Origin: an uncultured Lachnospiraceae bacterium
Lineage (GTDB): Bacteria > Bacillota > Clostridia > Lachnospirales > Lachnospiraceae
Assembly: GCA_910576975.1 (NCBI GenBank)
Contig: CAJTJY010000013.1
Coordinates: 10,523-74,522, forward strand
Length of the DNA stretch: 64,000 nt
Direction of reading: 5' to 3'
The notes under the pieces are model-generated. The model made no database searches, was not told where the DNA came from, and saw only the letters and a list, made by a program, of their open reading frames with translations. Position numbers and translations under genes: made by a program. Of the stretch, positions 31,543-41,141 are shown piece after piece; within the stretch, counting starts at the first letter, position 1, and each line of letters starts with the position of its first letter.

Positions 31543-32430
31543 ATGAAAAAACGTTCAGGACGCAGTGCATTTGTCTTTTTATGTGCGGCACCCGCAGTTA
31601 TACTGTTCATAATTTTTATGATTATTCCTACAATTAATGTCTTTAGAATGTCTCTCTTTAGGAGAAGCGCATATTCTCCCACTGAACAATTTATAGGGCT
31701 GGATAACTTTACGACATTGATGAATGATGCAAAATTCATCCGCTCCATGCAAAATACAATTCTTTTGATTGTGGTGGTAACCATTGTTACTTTTGCGTTT
31801 GCGCTGGTGTTTGCAGCCATTTTGACTAGGGAGAAAATTAAAGGTCAAAATTTCTTCCGTATTATATTTTACATACCAAATATTTTATCCGTTGTGGTAA
31901 TTTCAGCTATTTTCAGTGCTATTTATGATACGAATCACGGTACGCTGAACAGCCTTTTGTCTTTGTTTTCCGGAAAGACGGTGACGATCTTATGGAAAGG
32001 AGAGAGCATGGTAATGACCAGTTTGATTATCGCCATGGTTTGGCAGGCGATTGGTTATTACATGGTTATGTATATGGCTTCTATGGCTAGTGTTCCCCAG
32101 AGCTTGTATGAGAGTGCAGGACTTGACGGAGCAGGCAAGATCACTCAGTTCTTCCAAGTTACACTGCCATTGATTTGGACCAATATTCGTACAACGCTGA
32201 CTTTCTTTATCATCAGTACGATTAACATGGCGTTTTTGTTCGTGAAAGCCATGACCTCCGGTGGCCCCAACGGCGCTTCCGAGGTGGCGTTATCCTATAT
32301 GTATAAGCAGGCCTACACCAATTCTTCTTATGGCTATGGAATGGCTATAGGTGCGCTGGTCTTTCTGTTTTCCTTCGGATTGTCGGCGTTGGTGAATGTG
32401 GTTACCAAGCGTGAACCGTTGGAATTTTAA
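31543..32430 (+). CDS. Carbohydrate ABC transporter permease
   Basis: EAA-like LYESAGLDGA...FFQVTLP. Confidence 0.92.
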   Translation: MKKRSGRSAFVFLCAAPAVILFIIFMIIPTINVFRMSLFRRSAYSPTEQFIGLDNFTTLMNDAKFIRSMQNTILLIVVVTIVTFAFALVFAAILTREKIKGQNFFRIIFYIPNILSVVVISAIFSAIYDTNHGTLNSLLSLFSGKTVTILWKGESMVMTSLIIAMVWQAIGYYMVMYMASMASVPQSLYESAGLDGAGKITQFFQVTLPLIWTNIRTTLTFFIISTINMAFLFVKAMTSGGPNGASEVALSYMYKQAYTNSSYGYGMAIGALVFLFSFGLSALVNVVTKREPLEF

Positions 32431-32442
32431 GGAGGGCAGTCA

Positions 32443-33330
32443 ATGGAACAGAGGAAAAAATCATCAGCCGAATGGCTGTATAAAATATTTATTTATGTGG
32501 CGCTGATTACTCTGGTTATCTGTATCTTTGTGCCAGTGGCTTGGGTATTCATGGCATCCATAAAGGAAAACAGTGAATTTTATGGAAATCCATGGGCTAT
32601 GCCTGCCGGATTTTATTTCCAGAACTTCGTTGATGCCTGGGGAAAAGCCAGGATGGGCGAATATCTGTTGAATTCTGTCATAGTAACAGTATTAGCGTTG
32701 CTGATCTTGTTGGTAGTGGCGCTCCCAGCGGCTTATGTATTGTCTCGTTTTGAATTTAAAGGACGGAAATTTTGGAATGCGGCTTTTATGGGAGGCCTTT
32801 TTATCAATGTAAATTATATCGTAGTGCCTATTTTTCTTATGTTAGTGGACGGAGATAAATTTTTCCTGAATAATTTTGGCAAAGGCTTTTTGCTGAATAA
32901 TATTTTTGTTCTGGCTGTGGTGTATGCCGCTACAGCGTTGCCTTTTACAATTTATCTCTTGTCAGGATACTTTTCCACATTGGCTCATGATTATGAAGAA
33001 GCGGCCTATATCGATGGGGCGGGCTATGGAAGAACCATGATAAAGATTATTTTTCCTATGGCGCAGCCTTCTATCATTACAATAATTCTGTTTAACTTCT
33101 TGTCTTTCTGGAATGAATATATTATAGCGATGACTCTTTTGTCAGATCCAAAAGGCGGAAGGACCTTGCCAGTAGGGTTGATGCAGCTGACGCAGGCGCA
33201 GCAGTCAGCGGCTCAGTACGGTCAGCTTTATGCAGGTTTGGTACTGGTAATGCTGCCTACTCTGATTCTTTACATCTGCGTACAGAAGAAGCTGACACAG
33301 GGAATGACCTTGGGCGGTCTGAAAGGGTAA
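32443..33330 (+). CDS. Carbohydrate ABC transporter permease
   Basis: YEEAAYIDGA...IIFP; WNEY. Confidence 0.92.
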   Translation: MEQRKKSSAEWLYKIFIYVALITLVICIFVPVAWVFMASIKENSEFYGNPWAMPAGFYFQNFVDAWGKARMGEYLLNSVIVTVLALLILLVVALPAAYVLSRFEFKGRKFWNAAFMGGLFINVNYIVVPIFLMLVDGDKFFLNNFGKGFLLNNIFVLAVVYAATALPFTIYLLSGYFSTLAHDYEEAAYIDGAGYGRTMIKIIFPMAQPSIITIILFNFLSFWNEYIIAMTLLSDPKGGRTLPVGLMQLTQAQQSAAQYGQLYAGLVLVMLPTLILYICVQKKLTQGMTLGGLKG

Positions 33331-33339
33331 GGTGAGAGT

Positions 33340-33537
33340 ATGAAATTCTGGAAAGAGCACGCAAGTTTACGGCTTATCATTATTGCGGTATTTTTTGTAC
33401 TAGGCTTAGGTTTAGTTTTTGGAGGCTTTGGCATGCCAGGAAAGCTATCAGGCTTAGGGATTATGATTGTGGGAGTGATTTTTCTCCTTGCAGCGCTTAT
33501 GATTTATAATAAGCCATTTGAAGATCCGAAACGTTAA
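33340..33537 (+). CDS. Small two-TM membrane protein (DUF6903-like)
   Basis: Follows permease with RBS; two hydrophobic helices ending YNKPF. Confidence 0.7.
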   Translation: MKFWKEHASLRLIIIAVFFVLGLGLVFGGFGMPGKLSGLGIMIVGVIFLLAALMIYNKPFEDPKR

Positions 33538-33739
33538 TTTTGGATGTTATAACGGGATGGGCAGGGCTTTGTGGGCTCTGCCCAAAATATTTGCTAGCTT
33601 CAATGACTACAAGAAAGTAAGAATTTATATTCAAAATTCGATAGTTGAAAAGCTTCTAGGGCTGCCGCACGATTCCATGGTGCGGCAGCCTGATGTTTTC
33701 TATAAAAAGTACTTGAAAATATGATTGAAATTTACTATA

Positions 33740-33754
33740 ATGAACATAGTTCAT
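33740..33754. promoter_or_regulatory. TetR operator, second copy at 34413-34425
   Basis: TGAAC-N3-GTTCA upstream of both the tetR gene and the next gene. Confidence 0.7.
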
Positions 33755-33768
33755 ATTGAGGTGATTGA

Positions 33769-34326
33769 ATGAATACAGTTGTAACATCAAAAGAGGATAT
33801 TTTGAAAACCAGCCGGAAGCTAATTCAGCAGCAGGGATGGTCTGCGATCAACATTCGTTCTGTCGCAGCGGCCTGCGGAGTGTCAGTGGGATCAATTTAT
33901 AATTATTTTGATTCTAAAGCTGCGTTGATGGGCGCTGCGGTAGAAAGCGTCTGGCATGAGATTTTTCATCGTCCCAAGGATGAAGCTGTGTTTCAAGACA
34001 CGCAAGCTTGTATTGCCTGGATCTATCAAAAGATGGAGCATGGATGCAAACAGTACCCTGGATTTTTTACGTTGCACTCCTTGGGCTTTATGCAGGAGGA
34101 AAAATCCGACGGCAAGAGGAGAATGCTGCAGACCTGGAATCATATTCTAGATGGTCTGTGTTCCGTTTTAAAGCGGGATGCCAGAGTCAGGGCTGATGCG
34201 TTTACGGAGCAGCTTACAGTGGAAAGATTCGCAGACGTATTATTTTCTCTGATGTTGTCCGCATTACTGCGTCAGGACTATGATCCAACCGCTGTATTGG
34301 AGATTGTTCGCAGGACTCTTTATTAA
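33769..34326 (+). CDS. TetR/AcrR family regulator
   Basis: INIRSVAAACGVSVGSIYNYFDSK. Confidence 0.93.
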   Translation: MNTVVTSKEDILKTSRKLIQQQGWSAINIRSVAAACGVSVGSIYNYFDSKAALMGAAVESVWHEIFHRPKDEAVFQDTQACIAWIYQKMEHGCKQYPGFFTLHSLGFMQEEKSDGKRRMLQTWNHILDGLCSVLKRDARVRADAFTEQLTVERFADVLFSLMLSALLRQDYDPTAVLEIVRRTLY

Positions 34327-34466
34327 AATTGTACTGAATCAATGTGCAATCTTTTCAAGATCGAGCGACAAGGAAGTTAAAGCGGGCTTGCCCGCTTTGT
34401 CGTTCCATAAATTGAACAATGTTCATCATAGAAGGCAGATTATGAAAATGTAAAGGAGAATGAACT

Positions 34467-35132
34467 ATGCAAGCAATTGTAGAAACTCTGTTTGATGCTG
34501 TTTATCTGATTTTTGTCATTACCATCGGTATTTTGATGATTCGGGGAAGCAAAGGAAACCGCCAATTCCAGTTGTTCGGATCGATGGCTGTAGTGCTGGG
34601 GGCAGGAGACTCGTTCCATCTAGTTCCCCGCGCCCTTGCCTTGTGCACCATCGGTTTGGAGAATTTCATTGTTCCATTGGGCATTGGAAAGTGGATTACG
34701 TCGGTTACGATGACTATCTTCTATGTGCTGTTATATTATGTTTGGCGGCAGCGATATAAAGTCGAGGGCAAGGGCTGGCTTACCGCCATCGTATATGGTT
34801 TGGCGAGTGTGAGGATCGTGCTGTGCATGATGCCTCAAAATCAGTGGCTTAGTGCCAAGGCGCCGCTTTCCTGGGGCATCTACCGAAACATCCCATTTGC
34901 ACTGATGGGCTTTCTGATGATCGTGTTGTTTTATCGTAGTGCCAAGGAGCATCGGGATCAGGCGTTTCGTTGGATGTGGATCACCATCGTGCTGAGCTTT
35001 GGGTTCTACATCCCGGTGGTATTGTGGGCAGACGTGATTCCGCTAATTGGAATGCTGATGATTCCCAAAACCTGTGCGTATGTGTGGTCGGTGCTTATTG
35101 GATATTTTGCTATGAAACAAGAATCTAAGTAA
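34467..35132 (+). CDS. Conserved multi-pass membrane protein
   Basis: About seven TMs; LGAGDSFHLVPR, YRNIPF, GMLMIPKT. Confidence 0.8.
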   Translation: MQAIVETLFDAVYLIFVITIGILMIRGSKGNRQFQLFGSMAVVLGAGDSFHLVPRALALCTIGLENFIVPLGIGKWITSVTMTIFYVLLYYVWRQRYKVEGKGWLTAIVYGLASVRIVLCMMPQNQWLSAKAPLSWGIYRNIPFALMGFLMIVLFYRSAKEHRDQAFRWMWITIVLSFGFYIPVVLWADVIPLIGMLMIPKTCAYVWSVLIGYFAMKQESK

Positions 35133-35146
35133 GGGAGGAATAATCT

Positions 35147-35395
35147 ATGAAGCGCTATATCAATGCAGCTTTGCTGTACGCCGTTCTTGCGATGGCTGGC
35201 GGCGTGTTTTACCGGGAGTTTACCAAATTTAACGCATTTACCGCAAAAACCACACTCTCAGTTGTGCATACCCATTATTTACTGCTGGGAATGGTATTTT
35301 TCCTATTGCTTCTGTTGTTGGAAAAGAGTTTTTCTTTTACCAGCACAAAAACTCAAAATGTGTGTGATCTTGCAGACGCTATGTCAATGTGTTAA
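35147..35395 (+). pseudogene. DUF2871-like membrane protein, apparently 3'-truncated
   Basis: GVFYREFTK...LSVVHTHY..LG family motif; only two TMs and a non-family-looking tail. Confidence 0.6.
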
Positions 35396-35522
35396 ACTAA
35401 GCACAGTGGTCAAACGGTGCATGTAGGAGGATATGTACGGTCAAACGGAGCATGATCACAATACAGTGGTCGCTTCTGAACGGCATGGGAAGCGGCTTCC
35501 CAGCAATTATTGAAGAGAGGAA

Positions 35523-35978
35523 ATGACAATGACTGAAAATGATATCAAATCCAAAGAAAAAACGGTTCACGATGGCGTTTCACTTATTAATTTCCCAGAT
35601 GAGGAAAATGAGGATCAGGCGTTCCAAATGCTTTGGGATTACCTTGTTCCTTCATATGGAAAAGCGCAGACAGCACAGGGAGAATTGATCCGAATAGCTG
35701 GCAGAGTACGACATGAGTTTTTAGACAATGGCTGTATCAACTGGGATGAGGATTTTCAAAAAATGCTGGATGCTTTTTTGGAATATCTACAACTGGGCAA
35801 TGGATTTAACGAAGAAGATTTGCAAACAGCAGGAGTTTTGGTAACAATTCTAAAGGAGAATGGAGAGAAGGGATTTATAGATGACCGATTGACATCGATT
35901 CTGTGCAGCTGCGCTATGACTTGGGTGAAACAGAATCCAGAGGTCATGGCTCCTTTGAAAGCAGAATATGCAAGATAA
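35523..35978 (+). CDS. Hypothetical protein resembling the C-terminal domain of ankyrin-repeat proteins
   Basis: LWDYLVPS.G.AQT.QGE.IRIAGRV..E..DNG..NWD.DF..ML. Confidence 0.6.
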   Translation: MTMTENDIKSKEKTVHDGVSLINFPDEENEDQAFQMLWDYLVPSYGKAQTAQGELIRIAGRVRHEFLDNGCINWDEDFQKMLDAFLEYLQLGNGFNEEDLQTAGVLVTILKENGEKGFIDDRLTSILCSCAMTWVKQNPEVMAPLKAEYAR

Positions 35979-36349
35979 AGCGAAACCACCTGAATCAGGT
36001 GGAGCTTTGCTTTTGTTCGTGAGAGCTGAAGCATCAAGAAGAACTGCCGATTGTAAGCCACTTCCTGATGTTGCACCTCTTTTAATGATAGAAAGTTATC
36101 AAATATGTGTTAGAAATTTATGTGGGAACTTGATGAAAATCAGGTTCTTTTTTTATACGATGATTAATTTTTAGGATATGTCATATCTTGTACTTGCATA
36201 TGATTTTATCACATATGACGTCATGCACCCGATTGCTGCGACTTGCAAAGCCCTCTCTCAGCTTGACCTTGGCGCTCTGAAGAAAAAGAGCTATTAGTGG
36301 AGAACGTGATGCCTGGAAATCAGTCGGATGATTCCATGGCATTGGCATC

Positions 36350-36393
36350 AAGACCTTTTGGCACTATGAATTGCAAAGTGGGGAAACTCAAAA
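36350..36393. repeat. Internally deleted copy of the palindromic repeat family
   Basis: AAGACCTTTTG joined to GCACTATGAATTGCAAAGTGGGGAAACTCAAA; matches 53176-53186 and 53217-53251. Confidence 0.8.
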
Positions 36394-36447
36394 GGGAAAA
36401 AGTATTGACAACTTCCATTCCAAATGTTATATTATAGATACAAGGCA

Positions 36448-36465
36448 GTTAGTTACTCAACTAAC
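36448..36465. promoter_or_regulatory. Palindromic operator, likely for the GntR regulator
   Basis: GTTAGTT-ACTC-AACTAAC just downstream of a TTGACA/TATATT-like promoter. Confidence 0.65.
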
Positions 36466-36513
36466 AAACACACACACATATATACATACATGGAAAATAA
36501 AGGGGTGATACGG

Positions 36514-36891
36514 TTGAATATAAACACGAACATAGATAAACCGATATTCATTCAGATAGCTGAGCAATTAGAGGACTCCATATTTACCGGGATATTTCCA
36601 GAGGAAACGAAAATACCCTCGACAAATGAATTATCCGCCTTGCTAAATATCAATCCTCACACGGTGTTGAAAGGAATGAATCTGCTGGTCGATGAAGAGG
36701 TTATCTATAAGAAAAGAGGTTTGGGAATGTTTGTTAAAAAAGGAGCTGTCGAAAAGATACGTCTAAAAAGGCAAAGTCAATTCTACAATCAATATGTTGC
36801 TGCATTGATTGAGGAAGCGTCAAAACTTAAAATGACAAAAGAAGAAATTATCTCATTGATAGAAAGGGGTTATCACGATGAACGCAATTAG
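36514..36891 (+). CDS. GntR (YtrA-subfamily) regulator
   Basis: TTG start after AGGGGTGA; PIFIQIAE..IPSTNELS...INP.TV.KG...KKRGLGMFV. Confidence 0.9.
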   Translation: MNINTNIDKPIFIQIAEQLEDSIFTGIFPEETKIPSTNELSALLNINPHTVLKGMNLLVDEEVIYKKRGLGMFVKKGAVEKIRLKRQSQFYNQYVAALIEEASKLKMTKEEIISLIERGYHDERN

Positions 36892-37738
36892 TATTCAGAA
36901 CATTACCAAAACGTATAAAAATGTAACAGCATTAGACAATGTGTCGTTCTCTTTTGAGTTTGGAAAAATCTATGGTTTTTTGGGAAGAAACGGCGCTGGA
37001 AAATCAACACTTATCAATATCATTGCAAACCGCATTTTTACAGATAAAGGGGAAGTTTTTGTTGACGGTTTATCTGTAAAGGAAAATATGGAAGTACATG
37101 AAAAAATTTTCTGTATGAGCGAGGAAGATTTATATGAGACAAACTTGAAAATCAAAGATCAATTCAAATGGATTAACCGTTTTTATGACAGTTTTGATAC
37201 AGAGAAAGCTTTTGAAATCGCAGAGAAATTTAATCTTAATACAAACATGAAGTTCAAAGCATTGTCAAAAGGTTATCAATCCATTTTCAAGCTGACAGTT
37301 GCTTTGGCACTTCGTGTACCATACGTCATTTTTGACGAGCCAGTTTTGGGATTGGATGCGAACCACAGAGAGTTGTTCTACAATCTGCTCTTAAAAGAAT
37401 ATGAGAATGAGGAGCGCACGTTCATCATAGCAACACATTTGATTGAAGAGGTTGCTAATATCATTGAGGAAGTTGTTTTGCTTGATAAAGGCAAAGTTTT
37501 ATTACAAGAAGATGTCGCAACATTATTGGAAAAGGGTTACAGCATATCTGGTTTAGCAAAAGATGTGGAAAGCTACTGTGAAGACAAAAATGTCATTGGA
37601 TATGATGAATTGGGAGGCTTGAAAATCGCTTATATCTTAGGGGCAAAATCGGCGGTTCCACAAGGTAGTAATTTGCAGATTTCAGCCATGAATTTACAAA
37701 AGCTCTTCGTCAAACTCACAGAGAAAGGTGGTAACTAA
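36878..37738 (+). CDS. ABC exporter ATP-binding protein
   Basis: GRNGAGKST, LSKG, FDEP, ATH. Confidence 0.92.
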   Translation: MNAISIQNITKTYKNVTALDNVSFSFEFGKIYGFLGRNGAGKSTLINIIANRIFTDKGEVFVDGLSVKENMEVHEKIFCMSEEDLYETNLKIKDQFKWINRFYDSFDTEKAFEIAEKFNLNTNMKFKALSKGYQSIFKLTVALALRVPYVIFDEPVLGLDANHRELFYNLLLKEYENEERTFIIATHLIEEVANIIEEVVLLDKGKVLLQEDVATLLEKGYSISGLAKDVESYCEDKNVIGYDELGGLKIAYILGAKSAVPQGSNLQISAMNLQKLFVKLTEKGGN

Positions 37739-37739
37739 C

Positions 37740-38462
37740 ATGAAAAATTTAAAATCAGTGATTCAGTATGAATGCATGACGTCCTTTAAATATATTTGGG
37801 TTTTCTACGCCATACAGTATGCTTGTGTCGGTCTTATCTATATTCTTACAGGACTGGTCATGGGTACTTATGAAGATATGGGAGTATCCGCATTAGAAAT
37901 GAATTCCATAGTTTTTGTTAGCATTTTAGGTGTGTTAGGATTTAAGGAAGATTTTAAAATGCTGATACAAAATGGATTTACGCGCAAGTATATATTTATG
38001 GCAACGCTTTCTTTGTTCTGCTTTATTTCAGGAATAATGGCGCTTGTTGATACAGTCGTAGGAAATGTCATTCATTATGTTAGCAGCAATTATTCTTCCA
38101 TGTATGGTGCAATATATGGATATGGTAATCTGTTTATGAACTGGTTATGGTTGTTTTTGCTTTATGTATTGGTATGCAGCTTGCTGTATTTAGGAATACT
38201 TATCATCAATAAGGTTGGAAAAAAGGTATCTATTTATTTAGGTGTTTGTTTGAGCGGTATTGTATTGTTGATTGTTGCATTATTCAGATATGTTTTTTCA
38301 GCCGAAGTTGTAGCCGATATGTTAGAGTTTTTGATGAAAGCAATGGGATTTATGACTGACGGAACCATCAATTATTTATTCCCGGCACTATCCTTGCTTT
38401 TCATTGTAATAGTCTTGGGGATCGGTTCTTATGTTATTATCCGGCGTACAGAATTGAACTGA
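37740..38462 (+). CDS. ABC exporter permease
   Basis: Six TMs, operon position after ATPase. Confidence 0.8.
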   Translation: MKNLKSVIQYECMTSFKYIWVFYAIQYACVGLIYILTGLVMGTYEDMGVSALEMNSIVFVSILGVLGFKEDFKMLIQNGFTRKYIFMATLSLFCFISGIMALVDTVVGNVIHYVSSNYSSMYGAIYGYGNLFMNWLWLFLLYVLVCSLLYLGILIINKVGKKVSIYLGVCLSGIVLLIVALFRYVFSAEVVADMLEFLMKAMGFMTDGTINYLFPALSLLFIVIVLGIGSYVIIRRTELN

Positions 38463-38563
38463 ATGAAAACGAGAAATCGCCGCATGGATAACGCCACAAG
38501 CTGACAAAACCTAGAAATTTCACAATTACCCATGTCAGAATATATATAGAAAGGAATCTCATA

Positions 38564-39064
38564 ATGAATACTTTAAAACATCCAGTCCTTGCAGATAATG
38601 TCTATATTGCTCCCGGAGCGATCGTCCGTGGAAATGTCACCCTGATGGAACATGCGAATATTTGGTTCCACGCTGTCCTTCGTGCCGAAACCGGAACCAT
38701 AACCGTCGGCTGTGGCTCCAACATTCAGGACGGCTGTGTCGTACATGTAGATGAAGGCGCCAATGTCGCCATTGGAAATCATGTCACCATCGGGCACAAC
38801 TCCACGATCCATGGTTGTTCCATTGGAGACAACACGCTTATCGGCATGGGGGCAATTGTCATGAACCACGCCGTCATCGGAAACAACTGCATTGTCGCCG
38901 CCGGAGCCTTGGTCACCCAGAACACAGTGATACCCGACAACTCCCTGGTTCTTGGAAATCCTGCCAAAATTAAACGCTCTGTCACGACAGAAGAAATTGC
39001 CCATAACCGGCAAAATGCCGACCACTATATCGCAGAAGCTGCACTTTATGCCCAGGCAGACTGA
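38564..39064 (+). CDS. Gamma-carbonic anhydrase family protein
   Basis: Hexapeptide repeats; SNIQD..VVH, TIGH..TIHGC. Confidence 0.92.
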   Translation: MNTLKHPVLADNVYIAPGAIVRGNVTLMEHANIWFHAVLRAETGTITVGCGSNIQDGCVVHVDEGANVAIGNHVTIGHNSTIHGCSIGDNTLIGMGAIVMNHAVIGNNCIVAAGALVTQNTVIPDNSLVLGNPAKIKRSVTTEEIAHNRQNADHYIAEAALYAQAD

Positions 39065-39115
39065 ATGCCCTGCCCATCATCCATCTATAACCAGGCACAT
39101 GAAATGGTTTGCTTA

Positions 39116-39583
39116 TCATAAAAATTTTCCCAGCTGTTGCAGGTATGCCAGGAATCCCTGGCATCCTGCCAACACATCTTCATACGTCTTTTCGAAATCT
39201 CCGGTATACCAAGGATCTGCTACATCTCTGGGATGATCTGTATGGTCAAGCAGGAGACTGATTTTCTTCTTCTGGTCCTTGCCTACGATCCGAAGCATGT
39301 TTCGGTAATTCCAGCTGTCCATGCCAATGATATAATCGTATTCCTGATAATCGCTGCGCTTCATCTGGACTGCGTACTTTCCTGCCGTGGAGATCCCGAC
39401 CTGCGCCAACTTATTCCTTGTGCCATGATGAACCGGGTTGCCGATTTCTTCTGTGCTGGTAGCGGCGCTGGCAATGTAAAATTGATCTGCAATGCCCTCT
39501 TTCTTTACAATATCTTTCATAACAAATTCTGCCATTGGGGAACGGCAGATGTTGCCGTGGCAGACGAAAAGTATTTTAATCAT
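39116..39583 (-). CDS. Low-molecular-weight protein-tyrosine phosphatase
   Basis: VCHGNICRSPMAE P-loop; DVADPWY. Confidence 0.95.
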   Translation of the reverse strand: MIKILFVCHGNICRSPMAEFVMKDIVKKEGIADQFYIASAATSTEEIGNPVHHGTRNKLAQVGISTAGKYAVQMKRSDYQEYDYIIGMDSWNYRNMLRIVGKDQKKKISLLLDHTDHPRDVADPWYTGDFEKTYEDVLAGCQGFLAYLQQLGKFL

Positions 39584-39808
39584 AATAAAAATTCCTCCTA
39601 AAACGCGATGATTTGCTTATGTTTGGCGCGATTTGCGTGGTTTATTTTTTCAAAAAAAATTATTAAAAAAATCATAGAATAAGCAAAACGGGGCGAAATG
39701 TGGCAAGTTGAAGCTGTCAATCGTAGTAAAAACGTAGTAGAAATTGGGGGGTTCTTATTACTCCTCTCTATAAACGTGCAATCATACATATAATAATATT
39801 TTTTATTA

Positions 39809-40732
39809 TTAATTGTTTATAGTTTCTTTTATCATTCTGAATCTTTGACATAAATACTTTTTGTGTTTTTCAGCGATATTCTGCTCATAAACAAGCAATT
39901 TCGCATCTCTATTTGACATAATTTCAGTATCATTATTAAAATCCCAAAAGGAGTGATTTGCCTGCTTATGGATTAAAACCCTGCTATCACAAAATTTTAT
40001 GTATGATGGGTGGCTATTAAAAATTGTAAAATTACACCCACCTGGAGATAAAAAACTTCTATATTTAATTCCGTCCACACCCGTTTTCCTCAAATAGTCA
40101 GAAATAATCTGCGTTGCACGATAAGCATTTTCACACCTAACTGGTTCAAAAAATCTTAACATTAATTCCGAAAAAAACACTCCCATGCTCATCCCATATA
40201 ATTCTGTATCCTTTCTTTGAAATGTTTTATCTGAAGCAAAATCAATAATACTTAAAGGTTTTGTTAATTCAAATTCTGCAAGAGAAATTAAATCACCAAA
40301 TTGTGATTTTATTTCCATGCAAGCTGTTTCCGGATTTGACGCAACATACAAATAGGAAGCACCCACTATATTATTTCGTCCTTCTCCACTTATCCCTAAA
40401 ACTGGTTCCCTTGAATTAACATCATTGTATCCTGAGAATTTACCATCCAAGGTCTTTCCTATACCTCTTTCCAAACCATTATCATCTATCGGATCAATAA
40501 CTCTTGCCCGGTAATATTTTGTTCCAATTTGAAGATTTGTTTTAAATTGTGAAGCTTCCTTTTCCAATACAATATCATCAATAATTTGATATATCTTTTG
40601 AACTGCTGAAATTAGCCCATCCTCGGTTTCTACCGCACTGATAAAATTATTAAAATTTATCCTTGCATTTACAGAAAAACCCCAATCATTCATCATTTCA
40701 ATAAAATCTTGTTTTTCGCTCATATCTTCCAA
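39809..40732 (-). CDS. RES-domain protein (RES-family NAD+-consuming enzyme fold)
   Basis: YYRAR, GRNN..G.SYLY......TA..E, Y.ATQ.ISDY....G.DGI.Y.S, N..IFN. Confidence 0.85.
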   Translation of the reverse strand: MEDMSEKQDFIEMMNDWGFSVNARINFNNFISAVETEDGLISAVQKIYQIIDDIVLEKEASQFKTNLQIGTKYYRARVIDPIDDNGLERGIGKTLDGKFSGYNDVNSREPVLGISGEGRNNIVGASYLYVASNPETACMEIKSQFGDLISLAEFELTKPLSIIDFASDKTFQRKDTELYGMSMGVFFSELMLRFFEPVRCENAYRATQIISDYLRKTGVDGIKYRSFLSPGGCNFTIFNSHPSYIKFCDSRVLIHKQANHSFWDFNNDTEIMSNRDAKLLVYEQNIAEKHKKYLCQRFRMIKETINN

Positions 40733-40895
40733 TCCTTTTATAAATATGATAGCTTCTATTTTAACAAATCTCTTTTTCTTTTACAATTACCACTCAATTA
40801 ATTTTCCATTAAAAACGCCCTGCCGAAGCAGAGCGCCTTACCATTTCCTTATCAAATTGCCTGGAACATTTTTTGCGATACAGGCTTTTTCGTGT

Positions 40896-41141
40896 TCAAT
40901 GATTTATCTCTGCAAATGATAATTTTTTCACTTCCTGTTCAAACTCCTGCTCTGTATCTACAAATCGGTACGGTTCATATTCTCCATATGCGGAAGGTCG
41001 GCTGATGGTAACTAACTGGACTTCCTCTGTTCCTATCTCTGCAATCAGCGTTCTTTTAAAATCTGCCAAATGCCGACCGTGGGTAGTCTGCAATGCGATA
41101 CAGCCGACATCATTAAATTTCTTTGCTATCAGATAACACAT
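40896..41141 (-). CDS. Small protein (DUF6718-like), candidate SAS partner
   Basis: GGAGGTG RBS, ATG 41141; MCYLIAK...IAL....G....QLVTISRP.AYGEY.PY; overlaps the upstream gene end. Confidence 0.7.
   Translation of the reverse strand: MCYLIAKKFNDVGCIALQTTHGRHLADFKRTLIAEIGTEEVQLVTISRPSAYGEYEPYRFVDTEQEFEQEVKKLSFAEINH

Noticed and set aside
36468..36490. CA/TA dinucleotide run as a phase-variation tract
   Set aside because: Only about five CA units and outside the -35/-10 spacer.
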